Counted from the stretch's first letter, positions 27,793 through 41,729 are shown. The stretch: DNA of 64,000 nt from Octopus vulgaris (GCA_951406725.2 OX597816.1:43958001-44022000), one strand, 5' to 3'. The notes: generated by a model from the letters alone, not told the origin. Program-made: numbers and translations.

Positions 27793-28582
27793 TCTGTTAA
27801 TCTTCATTTTTCTTTCAATCTATCTTGGGAAATATTATCATTTTTAGGGGGTTATTTTTTTCGTTTCTTCGTTTTTTTTTTCTTTTAAGATAGTAGATTG
27901 AGTGATTTAACAGATATCTATTTCGTCCTTTCGAGCAACTGCATAGAGCTTCTCACGCTGGATCGTAGTAATGATCTTGTATCTGACCGAGAATGTTCGC
28001 GACATTTACAGAGGTTCGCGACTGTTGTGGTAACGTGTGTGCGACAAACAGCAATCATCGCTGAAACAATAACGTTCATGACCACAATATCTAGAACAGC
28101 CACTGTGACTGTGGCGGTACGTGAATAATGGTATTAGGAGAAATTCTATAAGTATGAAGTGATCGTGTCCTGCTTATGAACCGAACTAATTAATGACTTG
28201 TGTCATTAAAGGTTAGTAATGATAGCTGTACGCTGATGACGAAATAGTGGTAACATTAGTAGATGTGGTTGTGCTGGTGGCGGCTCGTCTGATTATGAAG
28301 ACAGCTGGTTGGTTATTGAGCCTAAATAACCCCCCATAGGATATTTGATAGTTGTTGAATTGACAGTGTGGTTGATGGCGTTGGTTCATGTGCAGGTGTT
28401 TGAAGTGTGTCGTTGAAAGTTACTGTGGCGTTTGATTGTCAAAGATACTAAGATATCGTAGTATTAGTATTAGATTGAATCGGGATTGAATTGGATGCGA
28501 CGGGATGGAGTGTGGATGAGATTTAGATGTAATTACAAAGTAACAATTGTTTGTACTGATACTGAGATTGTTGTCACAGAGG

Positions 28583-28680
28583 CTTGGTTGTTGTTCAGGG
28601 AGGGTTTGGTCGTTGTTCGGGGAGCGTTTGGTCGTTGTTCAGGCGGGTTTGGTCGTTGTACGAGAGGGTTTAAGTCGTGG
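28583..28680 (+). repeat. Minisatellite, ~20-21 bp unit x4-5
   Basis: GGGTTTGGTCGTTGTTCRGG-like unit repeated. Confidence 0.85.
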
Positions 28681-29149
28681 TGGATATAGTACTGATGTTA
28701 GCGTTGTTGACGTTATTATGGACGTGTTCTGGAAGGTGCTAGCTACTTCTACCGATGTTTCTACTTGCCGCTAGTGCTGATGGCAATTGTGATATATGTC
28801 ATGTGTAGAGAGAGAAGTATATATCTCTCCGTCATCGCCATCATTGCTACCGTCTCTATACCATCACCACATCGGTACATCGCTACCGCCTCCAACATCC
28901 CCGACCACTACCAGCGACATCACGCCTCAACATTCCACACCACTACAAACCACTGGCACTCCCAGTTCCATCAGCCGTTACTATTTGTCATTAACACTTC
29001 AATAAGTTGATTTCCTAGGCTAATTGCCAAATACTGCGACCGATGCAACCGACGAGTGGACAGTAGCCAACTTGTCAATGCCAGATGACAGTTCTGGGCG
29101 AATCTCCAGCGGCTGAAAGTGTCTGGTGGATTGCCTTTGTGTTATTGCT

Positions 29150-29160
29150 ATACGCGTGCG

Positions 29161-29202
<42 letters not shown>

Positions 29203-29756
29203 TGTGTATGTGTCTATATGTGTCTGTATAACTGATCCTCAATCTCTTTCGCTCACTTTCTCACTCACGTTTTCATTTTCACTTTCCCTAGTCTCCCGCT
29301 TCTCTCTCGCTCTCTCTCTCCGTCCCTCCCTCTTTCGGTCTCTCTCTCTCTCCCTCTCTCTCTCTCTCAGTCACTATCTTTCTATCATCTATCTGTCTGT
29401 CTGTCTCTCTATCTACCTATCTATCAGTCAATATGCTCCTCCCTACCATTTCCTCTTCCAAAATTTCTCTCTCTCTCTCTTTATCTATATATCTATCTAT
29501 CTATCTCTATCTATCTATCTATTTCTATCTATCTATCTATCTCTATCTATCTATCAATCTATGTTTATTTATCTATCTATCTCTATCTATCTATCTATTT
29601 CTATCTATCTATCTATCTCTATCTATCTATCTATTTCTATCTATCTATCTATCTCTATCTATCTATCAATCTATGTTTATTTATCTATCTATCTCTATCT
29701 ATCTATCTATTTCTATCTATCTATCTATCTCTATCTAGCTATCAATCTATGTTTAT

Positions 29757-29833
<77 letters not shown>

Positions 29834-29835
29834 CT
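29150..29835. repeat. (GT)n, (CT)n and (ATCT)n with higher-order duplication
   Basis: Directly visible. Confidence 0.95.
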
Positions 29836-30499
29836 TTTATTCCCCCTCTCTAAATCTTACAGTATCAGTTGTTCTCTGCTCCTGCCCCTGTTCCTCTTTC
29901 CAAGAGTTCAGTGAATGTGTCGAATTATTGTTCTATTAGTATGTAGTATATGACACTATGCATACATAGAAAGGCAACACCGAGCGTAACGTATGCCTGT
30001 TAAATGCATTCGTTTGTATGTCTATGTGTATATGCAGGCTTATGTTCGTGTGTGTATTCGTGCGCACAAGTGCATGCGTGTGCTTGTCTACTATATGTGA
30101 TTCGTGTATCTATATCGTTAGTTTGTTTCTGTCTTCTTTAAACTGTGTACAATATTCTATCACACACATACACACACACACACACCGTAAGAAATGAACT
30201 TAATAACAGCATAAAGGTAGATATAGAGCGCACACGCGTGAGAGAGAGAGAGAGAGAGACGTTTGTGTTCAGTGTGAGTGTATTTGTTCAAGTGTGTGTA
30301 ATGTGTGTGCGTGTGTGCGTGCGCACGTGGTGTGTGTGTGTGTGTGTGTGTATGTTGTGTGCCTGTGTGTGTGTGTTTGCGTGTGCGTGTGTATGTGTGT
30401 GTGTGTGTGAAATGAAGGAAGGTTAAGAAAGCGTATAAGAAAACAAGGAACATAAGAAAGCTACGTTGAAGAAAGTTGCATCACAATTAACATCCGCTT

Positions 30500-30553
<54 letters not shown>

Positions 30554-31029
30554 TTTAGTAGTAGAGGTAGAAGTAGTAGTAGTTTTAGTAGTAGTGGTAG
30601 AAGTAGTAGTAGTTTTAGTAGTAGTAGTAGCAGCAGGAGTAGTAGTAGTAGTAGTAGCAGCAGCAGGAATAGTAATAGTAGTAGTAACAGCAGCAGCAGG
30701 AATAGTAATAGTAGTAGTAACAGCAGCAGCAGGAATAGTAATAGTAGTAGTAGCAGCAGCAGCAGTAGTAGTAGTGGGACGAGGAGGAACTCGTTGCAGT
30801 AAGTTAGTTATTTTGTGTTGTTGTTGTTGTTGTTGTAGCAGCAGCTGATGAAGGAACAGCAGCAGCAGCGGCAGCGGCAGCAGCAGTTTATGTGAGTGTA
30901 GAGTGAAGGTGCTGGGAATTATGCTGTGTGATAAACATAACAGCAGAAGTAGTATCAGATGATCTAGTTGTATTGGTACCTCTTCGCCGTCATGGTCTTG
31001 GGTTGTCATCGTCTTCGTCGACGCCATTC

Positions 31030-31074
<45 letters not shown>

Positions 31075-31245
31075 GTTAACGTCATCATCACCATCTTCAT
31101 TATCGTCTTTGTAAAATAGTTCACACCGCCACCAACTCCATCACCTCCGCCGTCGTCATCATCATAATTGTCGTCGTCATCATCATCATCGTCGTTGTCA
31201 TCATCATCGTCGTCATCATCATCCTCATCGTCGTTGTCGTCGTCG

Positions 31246-31277
<32 letters not shown>

Positions 31278-32057
31278 GTCATCTAGGAAGAAGATTTTAC
31301 GCATTGTGTAATAAACGTAATAGTAAATATTACGATATCAGACGGTCCATTTGTGCTTGGTACATCGTGGTCGTTGTAAAGATCATCATCATCATCATCA
31401 TCATCATCATTATATTCATCATCATTATCGTAATCATCATCATCAGCAGCAGCAGCATGATCATGTCCAATATCATCATCATCATCATTATCATCATCAC
31501 CATCAACATAATCATCGTCATCACCGTCATCATCACCATCAAGATCATCATCACCATCATCATCATCCTCATCATCATCATAATCATCACCGTCATCATC
31601 ACCATCAAGATCATCATCACCATCATCATCATCCTCATCATAATCATCATAAACTTTACAATTCCTGTTCACCATTTGGATGAGAAGGCATCATCATCAT
31701 CAAATGCATGAGCACCATCACTATAACCAATCAGCACGAACGTCATCGTTATCATCACCGCCGCCACCACCACCGACACCATCATCATCATCATCATCAC
31801 CCTCATCATCACCACCACCAACATAATCATCATCTCTATCCACCACCACCATCATCATCACCGTCATCATCGCCGTCATCATTTCTACCACCACCATCAT
31901 TATCATCATCATCATCATCTTCATTTCCACTACCACCACCACCACTACAACAACAACCACCACCACCACCACCACCACCACCATCATCATCACCATCATC
32001 ATCACCGCCGTCATTTCTACCACCACCACCACCACTATCATCACTGTCATCATATTT

Positions 32058-32090
<33 letters not shown>

Positions 32091-32416
32091 CCATCATCCT
32101 CATCATCATCATCATCCCGTATTAAGAAATTACGCCTGACCAAAACGTTGGGACAAATATGATCCGTCATACAGAAAGTAAGACGGCTTGGTCAACATCG
32201 TAAATGTCGTAATTATCATAATCTTCGCTATTTTCAATGCAATTAACATAATCGCCATCTTGGTTATCACCGTCATCGCCGTTGTTGCCAGAATCCACTT
32301 AATTATCATAATCGTCTTGATAAGTGTTACTGTATTATTCATAAGTACTAATAACTTGAAACAAGTAGCATGCATCTAGCTGCAGCAGCAGCAGCAGTTG
32401 AAGCAGAAGCATCAGA

Positions 32417-32448
<32 letters not shown>

Positions 32449-32807
32449 TAGTAGTAGTAACAGCAGCAGCAGTAGCGTTAGTAGTAGTAGTAGTAACAGC
32501 AGCAGCAGTAGTAGTAGTAGTAGTGGTGGTGGTGGTGTGGTAGTAGTGGTTGTGATGGTAGTAGTAGTAGTAGTAACAGCAGCAGCAGAAGTGTTAGTAG
32601 TAGTAGAAATAGCAGTAGTAGTAGTAGTAGTAGTAACGGCAGCAGCAGTAGTGCTAGTAGTAGTAGTAGTAATAGTAGCAGTGGTGGTGTTAGTAATAGT
32701 AGTATCAACAGCAGCAGTAGTAGTAGTAGTAGTAGTAGGGTGATATGGATGGCAGTGTGGTTTGTTGTTGTTGTGGTGGTGGTAATAGTAATATCAGCAG
32801 CAGCAGC

Positions 32808-32839
<32 letters not shown>

Positions 32840-33372
32840 GGTGGTAGAGATGGCGGTGTGGTTTCTTGTTGTTGTCGCTGTTGTTGTTGTTGTTGTTGTT
32901 GTTGTTGTGGTGGTGGTGGTGGTGGTAGCAGCAGCCTTGATATTTTACAGGCAAAACTGAATGGAAGTGTTGGAAAGATGATTGCTATCATAAATGACAA
33001 TCAAGATCATCAGATCCTGCATCCGGTTTTATAGCCTCTGATATTCATCAGTGTCATGATCACCATCAACGTCCCTACCTTAATCTTAATCATCACCAGT
33101 AGGATCTTCTTCATTAACATATTTACCATCAACAACGTCGAAGTCATTATCATCATTATCATTAGCTGCACAGGCATCACTATGGTCAACATTATACTCA
33201 TCACCAGCATCATTATCATCTGTCCCAAAGTTATTTTCATCTTTACCTTAATCACCATTATATTACAATCGCTTCTCTTCTTCATCAACATCATCAAGCA
33301 AACTTCCTCATCGTCCTTATAAATAACAAGTATTTTCATTACCATCACCATCCTCATGGTTATCGCCTCCAT
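30500..33372. repeat. ~2.9 kb field of compound trinucleotide repeats (TAG/CAG, CAT/CGT, CAC, TTG)
   Basis: Directly visible. It includes a 30-bp unit x3 at ~30655-30750 and a ~60-bp duplication at ~31510-31650. Confidence 0.93.
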
Positions 33373-33431
33373 TTGAAATATCTACGATAAGAACAGTATT
33401 AGGAGCTGGAGTAAACTGCTGCTTTCTCTAG

Positions 33432-33632
33432 CGGATAAGTATCCACCACCGAGGATGACTACAAAGAGGTCGGAACCATACGGTCTGGTGGTTCGTGACT
33501 GGAAGATTGTAGTAGTTCGTTCTCCTGCCGGCAATATATATCAGGTGCATATTGCATCGAATAACCAGATGGAGGAGGAGTTCGCCTGGGGTTAAAATTG
33601 CAGTAACGTCGGTTCTTACGGAGTAGCCATGT
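33432..33632 (+). other. Candidate 5'UTR / first coding exon, 201 bp
   Basis: Acceptor GCTTTCTCTAG| and donor |GTAAGT. All frames contain stops, but GCCATG at 33626-33631 sits at the exon end. Contains a 46-codon upstream ORF at 33455-33595. Confidence 0.4.
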
Positions 33633-33654
33633 GTAAGTGGCGATGGACAATAAT

Positions 33655-33810
33655 AATATTCCTTTCTACTGTAGGCAAAAGGCCTGAAATTTTGATGGAG
33701 GCGACGATAGGGGATTACATCAACCCCAGTGCTTCACTGGTACTTATTTTATCGACCATTTATGGAGGAAGGGAAAAGTTGAGCTCAGCGGAATTTGAAC
33801 TCACAACGGT
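33655..33810 (-). mobile_element. SINE family F fragment
   Basis: CCCCAGTGCTTCACTGGTACTTATTTTATCGACC..GCGGAATTTGAACTCA. Confidence 0.75.
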
Positions 33811-34504
33811 TTAATTTTGAATAGCCGCGAGAGCCTATATTCTATGCGAAGTGGTAACTGGTCAGATTGTGTCGATCCCGTGTCTAATATTCTCGCAAAT
33901 CTCCACCTAGAGTGATTGCTGAATATACACACTACAATAATAATGTCTGCCAATTAAGTATGAGCTCTAGATCGCTTCTGTAATTTAATACTGACTCAGT
34001 AACCAACACTGAATTTCTTTTCAGCTGGACAGCTTTTCGTAACACAAGTGAATGTTTTATTCAATTTTTCCTATATCAGAGGCGCCAAAATTTTGGTCTA
34101 ACCTGTTCGCGAGTACACTAGATTAGCGTAACTACTCTACTTAGTTGTATTGCCAGTTATGATATACAGAGGAAACGTGGGAGAAATTACGATAAATACA
34201 AGGATATATCGTTTGTTCATACGTACGTTTCAGCATTGTTGTTGCTTGGATTATAAAAGCAGAGAGTCAAAGACTTCAGCTCACTTGTAACATAATGCAA
34301 TAAAGTCTTCCGTCTTCATTGAGGATACGTTGTGGCTAAGCGCTCTGTTGCACCTGAAACGACCAAAGCAAGTTTCCAGACAACCTCAATGAGGAAACGT
34401 ACGTAAGAGCAAATGATACAAACTTGCGTTCATCGTATTTTCACATATCTATCTAGCTAGTTATATATGTATACTATTTCTGTCCATATATGTGTATATG
34501 AATG

Positions 34505-34523
34505 TGTATATATTAATTTAAGT

Positions 34524-34587
<64 letters not shown>

Positions 34588-34682
34588 ATATGTATATGTA
34601 TATGTATATGTATATATATGTATATGTTTATGTATATATATATATGTATATGTATATGTATATATATATATGTATATGTATA

Positions 34683-34749
<67 letters not shown>

Positions 34750-34902
34750 GTATATGTATATATATATGTATATGTATATATATATGTATATGTATATGTA
34801 TATGTATATATATATATGTATATGTATATATATATATGTATGTATGTATATGTATATATATATATATATGTATGTATATGTATATATATATGTATATGTA
34901 TA

Positions 34903-34944
<42 letters not shown>

Positions 34945-35195
34945 CGTGTTTATTTTCGTATACGTGTATGTTTCATCTTGCACATAAATGAACAAACATT
35001 GCGATGCATAATTATTCCTCCATTATATACAATTCTGCGTGTCACCGTTCTTTTTCGTTTCTTTTTTGTGGAGAGCGTATGTATCAGTATTTCTATATAT
35101 ACCTATCGCTCACCTTCTCTCTTTCTCTTTCTTTCTCTCTCTCTCTGTCTCTCTCTCTCTCTCTCTATATGTATATATATATATATACATATATC
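34505..35195. repeat. (TA)/(TATATG) and (CT) microsatellites
   Basis: Directly visible. Confidence 0.96.
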
Positions 35196-35454
35196 AACAA
35201 GTTGTGATGGGTGAATTGTTGCCATTTTTATATTTAATTTCGCGCATTCGAACTGTTTAGTTTTGATTTTGTCGACTACACAGTATAGTAGGGTCAGTTG
35301 GGCACGGTTTGTAAGAAAAACGGCATCATGTCGCAGTTCAATCTGCCCAAAATTTGGAAACTACATGTTGTGCTACTTGGCATTCGATACGGACAGAAAG
35401 AGAGAGAACGTGGGAGTTAGATGCATTGACATATTCGTATTCATTGTATTCTAG

Positions 35455-35499
<45 letters not shown>

Positions 35500-35627
35500 C
35501 ATGTCTGTGTGTGTGTGTGTACGTATACATACATTCATACCTGTGGTTCCCTGTATATATGCTCCATACGTTTCTTATCATAAGACGTTGTATTTGTTTG
35601 TAGTGAAAATCCGTAATTGCATTGGTA

Positions 35628-35666
<39 letters not shown>

Positions 35667-36440
35667 CATCATATTATTATTGGGTTTATGCGAACAAAAG
35701 TAGTTTTTTCCGTATCCTCATGCCTGGCTGAACGATGTATGAGCAGTGTAAACGCGCATACTATTCAGACAAGTAATGCCTCTTCTATGTATTGTGTTTG
35801 TGTTTGTATGTGTCGAAGAATACATGTTGTGATTATGTGCGTGTGTTTGTGCGTGTGTGTGTGGTGTGTCTCTTTATGAATGTGTCTAATTCTGCACTTA
35901 TAAAAAACTACATCCATTTCGAGAATAACAATCGGATTTCTAAAAATGGAAAAAATATTGTTTAATATTTTCGTGCAGACCTGCAATTTCCTGTCTTGCT
36001 TTTTAATGCAGTTTGACATTATATAACATTATTGCCGCTCGCCTGTTGATATTTACAAGTTGCATGACTAGAAACAATTTTCTTTGTATTTATTCACCCT
36101 GTGAAACGTATATAACGAATGCACACAATTTTCCACAGACAAACACGATTGCTCATACGGCAACGAAATTTGTTTTATTTCCTAGTATGTTATAAATTAA
36201 TTGATCGATGGATTAATTAACTAATTAATTAAATTTAATTTAACTGATGTCTGGAAACATATTTTCGATGACTTCAGATCGGAGATTAGGGATAATTTTC
36301 AAAACTATGTTAATGTTAGGCAGGGGATACTATTTTTCCTTTGTATTTTTGTTGTTGTTGTTGTTTTTTTTTTTTTTTTTGGGGGGGGGTCTTTCTTTTT
36401 TTTTTTTTTGGTAAAAAACTATGTTGGCTTCTCCGCACAG

Positions 36441-36672
36441 GAAGTAGGTCTTTTCGCAGGAGAGAGAAGGAAGGATGAAAATTTCATGCTTTTATAGAAT
36501 GTCTGTTCCAAATACGTCATTTCCAAATATATCCGTTCCCTGATGTCGGGCGACTGCACGCGAACAGTGGACGATTCTGTTGTCAGATGAAATAAGACTT
36601 GAAGATTACGAAACGATGAGTGGCCGAGGGCAAAACATCTACCGTGCATGTATTGTTACTGACTAGATCAAG
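36441..36672 (+). other. Candidate non-coding exon, 232 bp
   Basis: Upstream poly-T tracts, acceptor CTTCTCCGCACAG|, donor AAG|GTTAGT, unique moderately GC-rich sequence. Stops occur in all plus frames. Confidence 0.3.
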
Positions 36673-36900
36673 GTTAGTGTTAATTTACCAGACGTATGAT
36701 CATTGGGGTTTCACCTTTTACTATTCTGAGAGATTCTTATCAGGATGAGCGTCCGCGTAAAGCGATTTATGAAATGTGATTAACATAGCAGTAACAGAGC
36801 AACATTACTGTTATGGTTATCAGACATCTTTGAGTGATAAACATAACAATAGTAATGTGAATGTATCGTGCAAAACGTAGGATAGTTAGGTCAGTTAGTA

Positions 36901-37466
36901 TTGAGTTGTCCGGAAAGTTCGTGCCGATATTTAAAGGAAAGAAAAAGATCAATAAATACTTGCCATTACATTTTTAGTCAACCAAATATGAAACATTTTG
37001 TTGCACAATGCATCTCCATCTTTCCTTTAACTTGAAAATACCCTCTTACCAGAAGTGAGGTGGTTTCATGGCAAAGAATTCATCAAGGTATCTTTTTACG
37101 TCACCCAAGGAATTGAAATTTTTACCATGAAGACTATTCTGTAGATACCTGAATAAGTGGAAATCCGAAGGAGCAATATCTGGTGAATATGGAAGGTGAG
37201 GTAACAAATCCCAGCTGAGCTGCAGCAATTTTTGTTTGGTTCCCAAAGCATCAAGTGCCGAAAAGGAACTTTCTTATCTTCCATTTTAATGAGTTACAGA
37301 ATTAACACTGGTTATAGGAACATAAACCTTCTTCCACGAAAAGATAGCTTAAACTGCGCTCTAAATGGAGGTGTAGTCAAATTCTATTTTATGAACTCAA
37401 CCATTTTCTAAAATAAGTCGAAAGTTAAGCTACTAGAAATCGGCATGAACTTTCCGGACAACCCAA
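36901..37466 (-). mobile_element. Internally deleted mariner transposon with both TIRs
   Basis: 28-bp TIRs TTGRGTTGTCCGGAAAGTTCRTGCCGAT (36901-36928 / 37439-37466, 2 mismatches) with TA flanks. N-terminus MEDKKVPFRHLMLW is joined to the C-terminal LPHLPYSPDIAPSDFHLFRYLQNSL (YSPDLAP motif). Confidence 0.95.
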
Positions 37467-37869
37467 TAGATATGAGGATGGTCGTAGTTTTAGTGTATTG
37501 GTGTAAGATACTGAAGCATTTTGAGAAGCTGTAAAATTGATTTCAAATTGTGGCTAAAGACCTGCAATATGAGGAGGGGTTAGTCGACAACATCGACACC
37601 AGTACTGAGCTGGTACTTATTTTATAGATGTCGAAATGTATATATGTTCGTGTATAAATATATGTGTATTTGTGTGTATGTATATATGCGTGTGTTGGTG
37701 TAGGCTTGGGCATAAATTGGGTATGTAATTGTTAGTGCTATAAAATATTATTTTGAAAATATAAGTCTTTCAAGTTGGTAGTTGTAAAGACTGAAGATTT
37801 TAACTTCGAGTTTAGTTTTGTATAAACCATATTCAAATTGATAATACATCACTGCCTATAATAGTAATA

Positions 37870-38230
37870 ATTTTGGGGGAGGGGACTAGTCGATTTCATT
37901 GGTACTTATTCTTATTTCTTATTTCTTTATTGCCCACAAGGGGCTAAACATAGAGGGGACAAACAAGGACAGACAAAGGGATGAAGTCGATTACATTGAC
38001 CCCTGTACTCAACTGGTACTTAATTTATCGACCCCGAAATGATGAAAGACAAAGTCGACCTCGGCGGAATTTGAACTCAGACCGTAACAGCAGACGAAAT
38101 AGCACTAAGCATTTCGTCCGGCGTGCTAACGTTTCTACAAGCTCGACGTCGAAAGGATGAAAAACAAAGTCGAATTCGACTGAATTTGAACGGAGAGACG
38201 GACGGTAACGATTCAGCCAACTTGCCGCCT
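37870..38230 (-). mobile_element. Nested/adjacent SINE family F copies
   Basis: A full body at 37908-38140 with a (TAAGAAA)n tail interrupts an older family F copy. Confidence 0.85.
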
Positions 38231-38333
38231 GAGAGAAGTTGTAATATTCTAACATTATTACGCCGTACGCACACATGGATGTATATCTACCACTCTACAG
38301 TTAGCTTAGGTTTTATTGTGTGTATTATGTGTG

Positions 38334-38371
<38 letters not shown>

Positions 38372-38499
38372 ATCATATTTAGAAGCATCTTGAGATTTTT
38401 AGAAGTTACATGCAAATGTGCCTGGCACATAGTGAAATAAAAACCCAACAGCGTAACGTAAATCTAAAGTCATCCATAGGCATCGAATACGCACGCGCG

Positions 38500-41130
38500 T
38501 GTGTGTGTGGTTATAAATACTAGAGACTTTCTTTTAAACAGAAGAATATTTACAAGTGTACTTGGTCATCTCTAGATAAATACAGTAATAAAATAAATCA
38601 TACTCCGATAAATCAGCAACGTAAAAGAATTGCTGTTAAAAGTTGAAGATATCGAGGTGTACAAATCGTGAGCGATCATCAGTTAAAATATAGGGACAAT
38701 TCAGTTGAAAACTGACGAAAAGATTGGAGGGATTGCCAGGTTTGATACAGAAAAGTTGAAAGATTATAGAACTAAAAGATAAATTTGTAATTCAAAGTTG
38801 AAATCGATTTCTAATGCTTGAAGCTATAGATGAATATGTAGAATTCAATGGTGTGTGGAAAAATGAAAAGGAAATATACCAGAATGTATCGAAAGGTGTT
38901 CTGGGCAGAAGGAAGATAAAATGGAGGAGAAGGAAATAGATTTCGGATGAAATATGGGAATTTAATGAAACATAAAAGAAAGTGAAGCAAATTTTTGAAA
39001 GTTAGAAAGGAAATAAGTTGGACTCTAAAGTAGAAATAGTGAAATATTGGAATCTGAACAAAAAGGTGAAAGGTGTTCAAGAATAGAGAAAAAGGAGATT
39101 CTAGGAAGTGAAAGCTGATGAAGCAGATAAATTACTCAATACTGGAGACTGTAGAAGAATCAGAAAATTTTATGAAATAATAAATGAGATTACAGACTAA
39201 AGTAAAGAGATCAAAAATACTACATGTGTTTAGCTGTGTTGAGGAATTAATAACATTTGAAAGGAAATACCCAAGAATGAATAAAAAATAAAACGCATGT
39301 TGCTAGTCTTGAACGAAGTGTTTAATGGAAAAAACGCTATGAAAATTCCTCAACTCAAAGTGGAGTTAGATGTGGCTGTGCATGAAATACCATTAAAAAA
39401 ACATTGTAAGATCCATGGAGACATTTGAAAAAAAATATGGAATGGTTCTTGGATTAAATAGAATTGCAAGAAAAAGACTAAAAGCAAATAAGCAGGCCAC
39501 TGGAAGAATATTACTAAATCGGTTTCTTAATATTGAATGTTACGCAGATATCTGAATATTAGAAATTCGGTCTAGAGATTAGAATACTAATTAATAAAAG
39601 GGGGTATCATTGAGAGTGTATAGCACTTAGGAGTGCAGTATCAAAAATATTCATTTTTATTATCTTAAGTAGGATACAGGTAGCATTGGGCAATATATTA
39701 AGAAATGAACAAGTATGGCTCCGGTGGTCAGCACGGTTGTAGTGATCAAAAATATGATGTACTTTATGGCTCGACCATAATCTACAACCGAGGGAAAAGT
39801 CTCGGTGACCTATTGGTTAGGTCGTTCGATATTTGTTCTTAAGAGTTTGAGTTGAATTTATCGATCGTCTAGTACGTCGTGTCCTTGACCAACGTCTTTC
39901 GTTTTGCGATGCCACAATCTAAGTTTCTGCATGTGAATGTCAACCTTTGGTCATGTGGGCCTCTCTCCCACCAGCAGTCACATCCTTGATGTTCCACTAG
40001 ATAAAAAGTGTAGAACTAAGGAACTAAGAGGCTGTTTACATTTCGACGTGATTACATAATAACATAAAGCAACTAATTAAATTGGAACTCCGTCGGTTAC
40101 GACGACGAGAGTTCCGGCTGATCTGATCAACGGAATAGCCTGCTCGTGAAAGTGGGTGGCTGAGCACTCCACAGACACACGTACTCTCAATGTAGTTTTC
40201 AGGGAGATTCAGCGCGACACAGAGTGTGACAAGTTGGCCCTTTGAAATACAGATACTACACATTTTTGCCAGCTGAGTGGACTGGAGCAACGTGAAATAA
40301 AGTGTCTTGCTCAAGGACACAACACGTCACCAGGAAATAAACTCTTGGCCTTATAATTGTGAGCCGAATGCTCTAACCACTGAGCTATACGCCTTCACTA
40401 AAGCAACTAAGGCTTGATGATCGACTGTACTTTACTTTATTATGCAATATGTTTGATTTGGACATCCTTTCATAATGGTTTTTACAGACATTGGAATACA
40501 AAACGGAAATGTCTGTGGTTTGACGCAAATATTTGCGAATCATTTTGGTGTAACTACACATTAAGAAACTACATGCCAGGAATGTGTAGACGGTCAAATT
40601 TCAGATGTACTTTCAGTAGTGCAGGTAGCCGCCTTTCGTTTGCTATTCAAATAAATTACGCTACGAAAGAAACAATGGAAGGGAAGAATTTAATGGAATT
40701 ATAGGAAATATTTGGTAGATTTAGATTTACAAATGATATGATTTTGCTTATGAATGATATATCAAAACTAAATAAATGATATATACGCCTAAAGAAGTAA
40801 GCAAAATCTCTTGGCTGAAACATAAACATAGATGAATGCGAGTACGTAGAAACCGAGTTTGTGGAGATATAAGAAATTCATCACTGAATAAATATACAGA
40901 AGAATCGAGTGAGTTTAAATATTTTGGTAACTTCTACAGGTAATGCTGGGTCTTTAGAAATAACATTTTAGGGTAGATTTAACAGGAGAATTCAAGCAAT
41001 GAACAGCTATGAAAATGTGAGAAAATAACGCAAATTGGAAATTCATCGGTAGTTTAAAATGTATACGTCACTAGTAAAGAAAAGGTTTGCTATTAGGATG
41101 CATGATTTGAACTCATGAATGTTGAGAACC
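38500..41130 (+). mobile_element. Very old RTE-like LINE remnant, interrupted by SINEs
   Basis: A-rich plus strand. Frameshifted KYLVDLDFTNDMILL at ~40707-40750 (cf. L.DLDFADDIALL), AKSLG*NINIDECEYV (cf. VGL.IN..KTK), SEFKYFGN (cf. F.YLGS) and IRKFYEIINEI at ~39160. Left boundary uncertain. Confidence 0.55.
40077..40398 (-). mobile_element. SINE, head C plus tail B, with 12-bp TSD
   Basis: TSD TAAAGCAACTAA at 40065-40076 and 40399-40410. Confidence 0.9.
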
Positions 41131-41206
41131 AGAATTAATACTTCAAGATATGTCTACACTTTGTCTTAACCATTTTCCCAGCTCTTTACCTTCTCATATC
41201 ATTATA

Positions 41207-41417
41207 TATTTCTTTACTACCCACAAGGGGCTTAACACAGAGAGGAAAAAACAAGGACAGACAAACGGATTAAGTCGATTATATCGACCCCAGTGCGTAA
41301 CTGGTACTTAATTTATCGACTCCGAAAGGATGAAAGGCAAAGTCGACCTCGGCGGAATTTGAACCCAGAACGTAACGGCAGACGAAATACGGCTACGCAT
41401 TTCACCCGGCGTGACCG
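41207..41417 (-). mobile_element. SINE family F with 15-bp TSD (1 mismatch)
   Basis: TCTCATATCATTATA at 41192-41206 versus TCTCATAGCATTATA at 41418-41432. Confidence 0.9.
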
Positions 41418-41597
41418 TCTCATAGCATTATAGCCAACTACCATACCCTCTCGCATCACGTTTACATATATGTATGTGCGTGTATGTGTGTGTGTGTGTG
41501 TGTGTGAATGTCTGTCTGTCTGTCTGTCTATCTCTGTGTGTCTGTGTGTGCGTGTATAAATATGGCTATGTATGTAAATGCATATGTATGTTTAAAT

Positions 41598-41633
<36 letters not shown>

Positions 41634-41669
41634 TCTTATAAGATCAATGTAAATACATGTAGGCGCATA

Positions 41670-41729
<60 letters not shown>

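Noticed and set aside
28230-28260. CTGATGACGAAA hammerhead-like motif (also minus strand near 50565-50582)
   Set aside because: No stem II and no pairing stems I or III.
30461-33000. Poly-T/Q/H/D/P ORFs as mucin, transcription factor or aspein exons
   Set aside because: No domain and no convincing splice boundaries. Codon usage is pure repeat.
36617-36666. MSGRG.. start resembling histone H2A/H4
   Set aside because: It stops after 16 codons with no further histone similarity.
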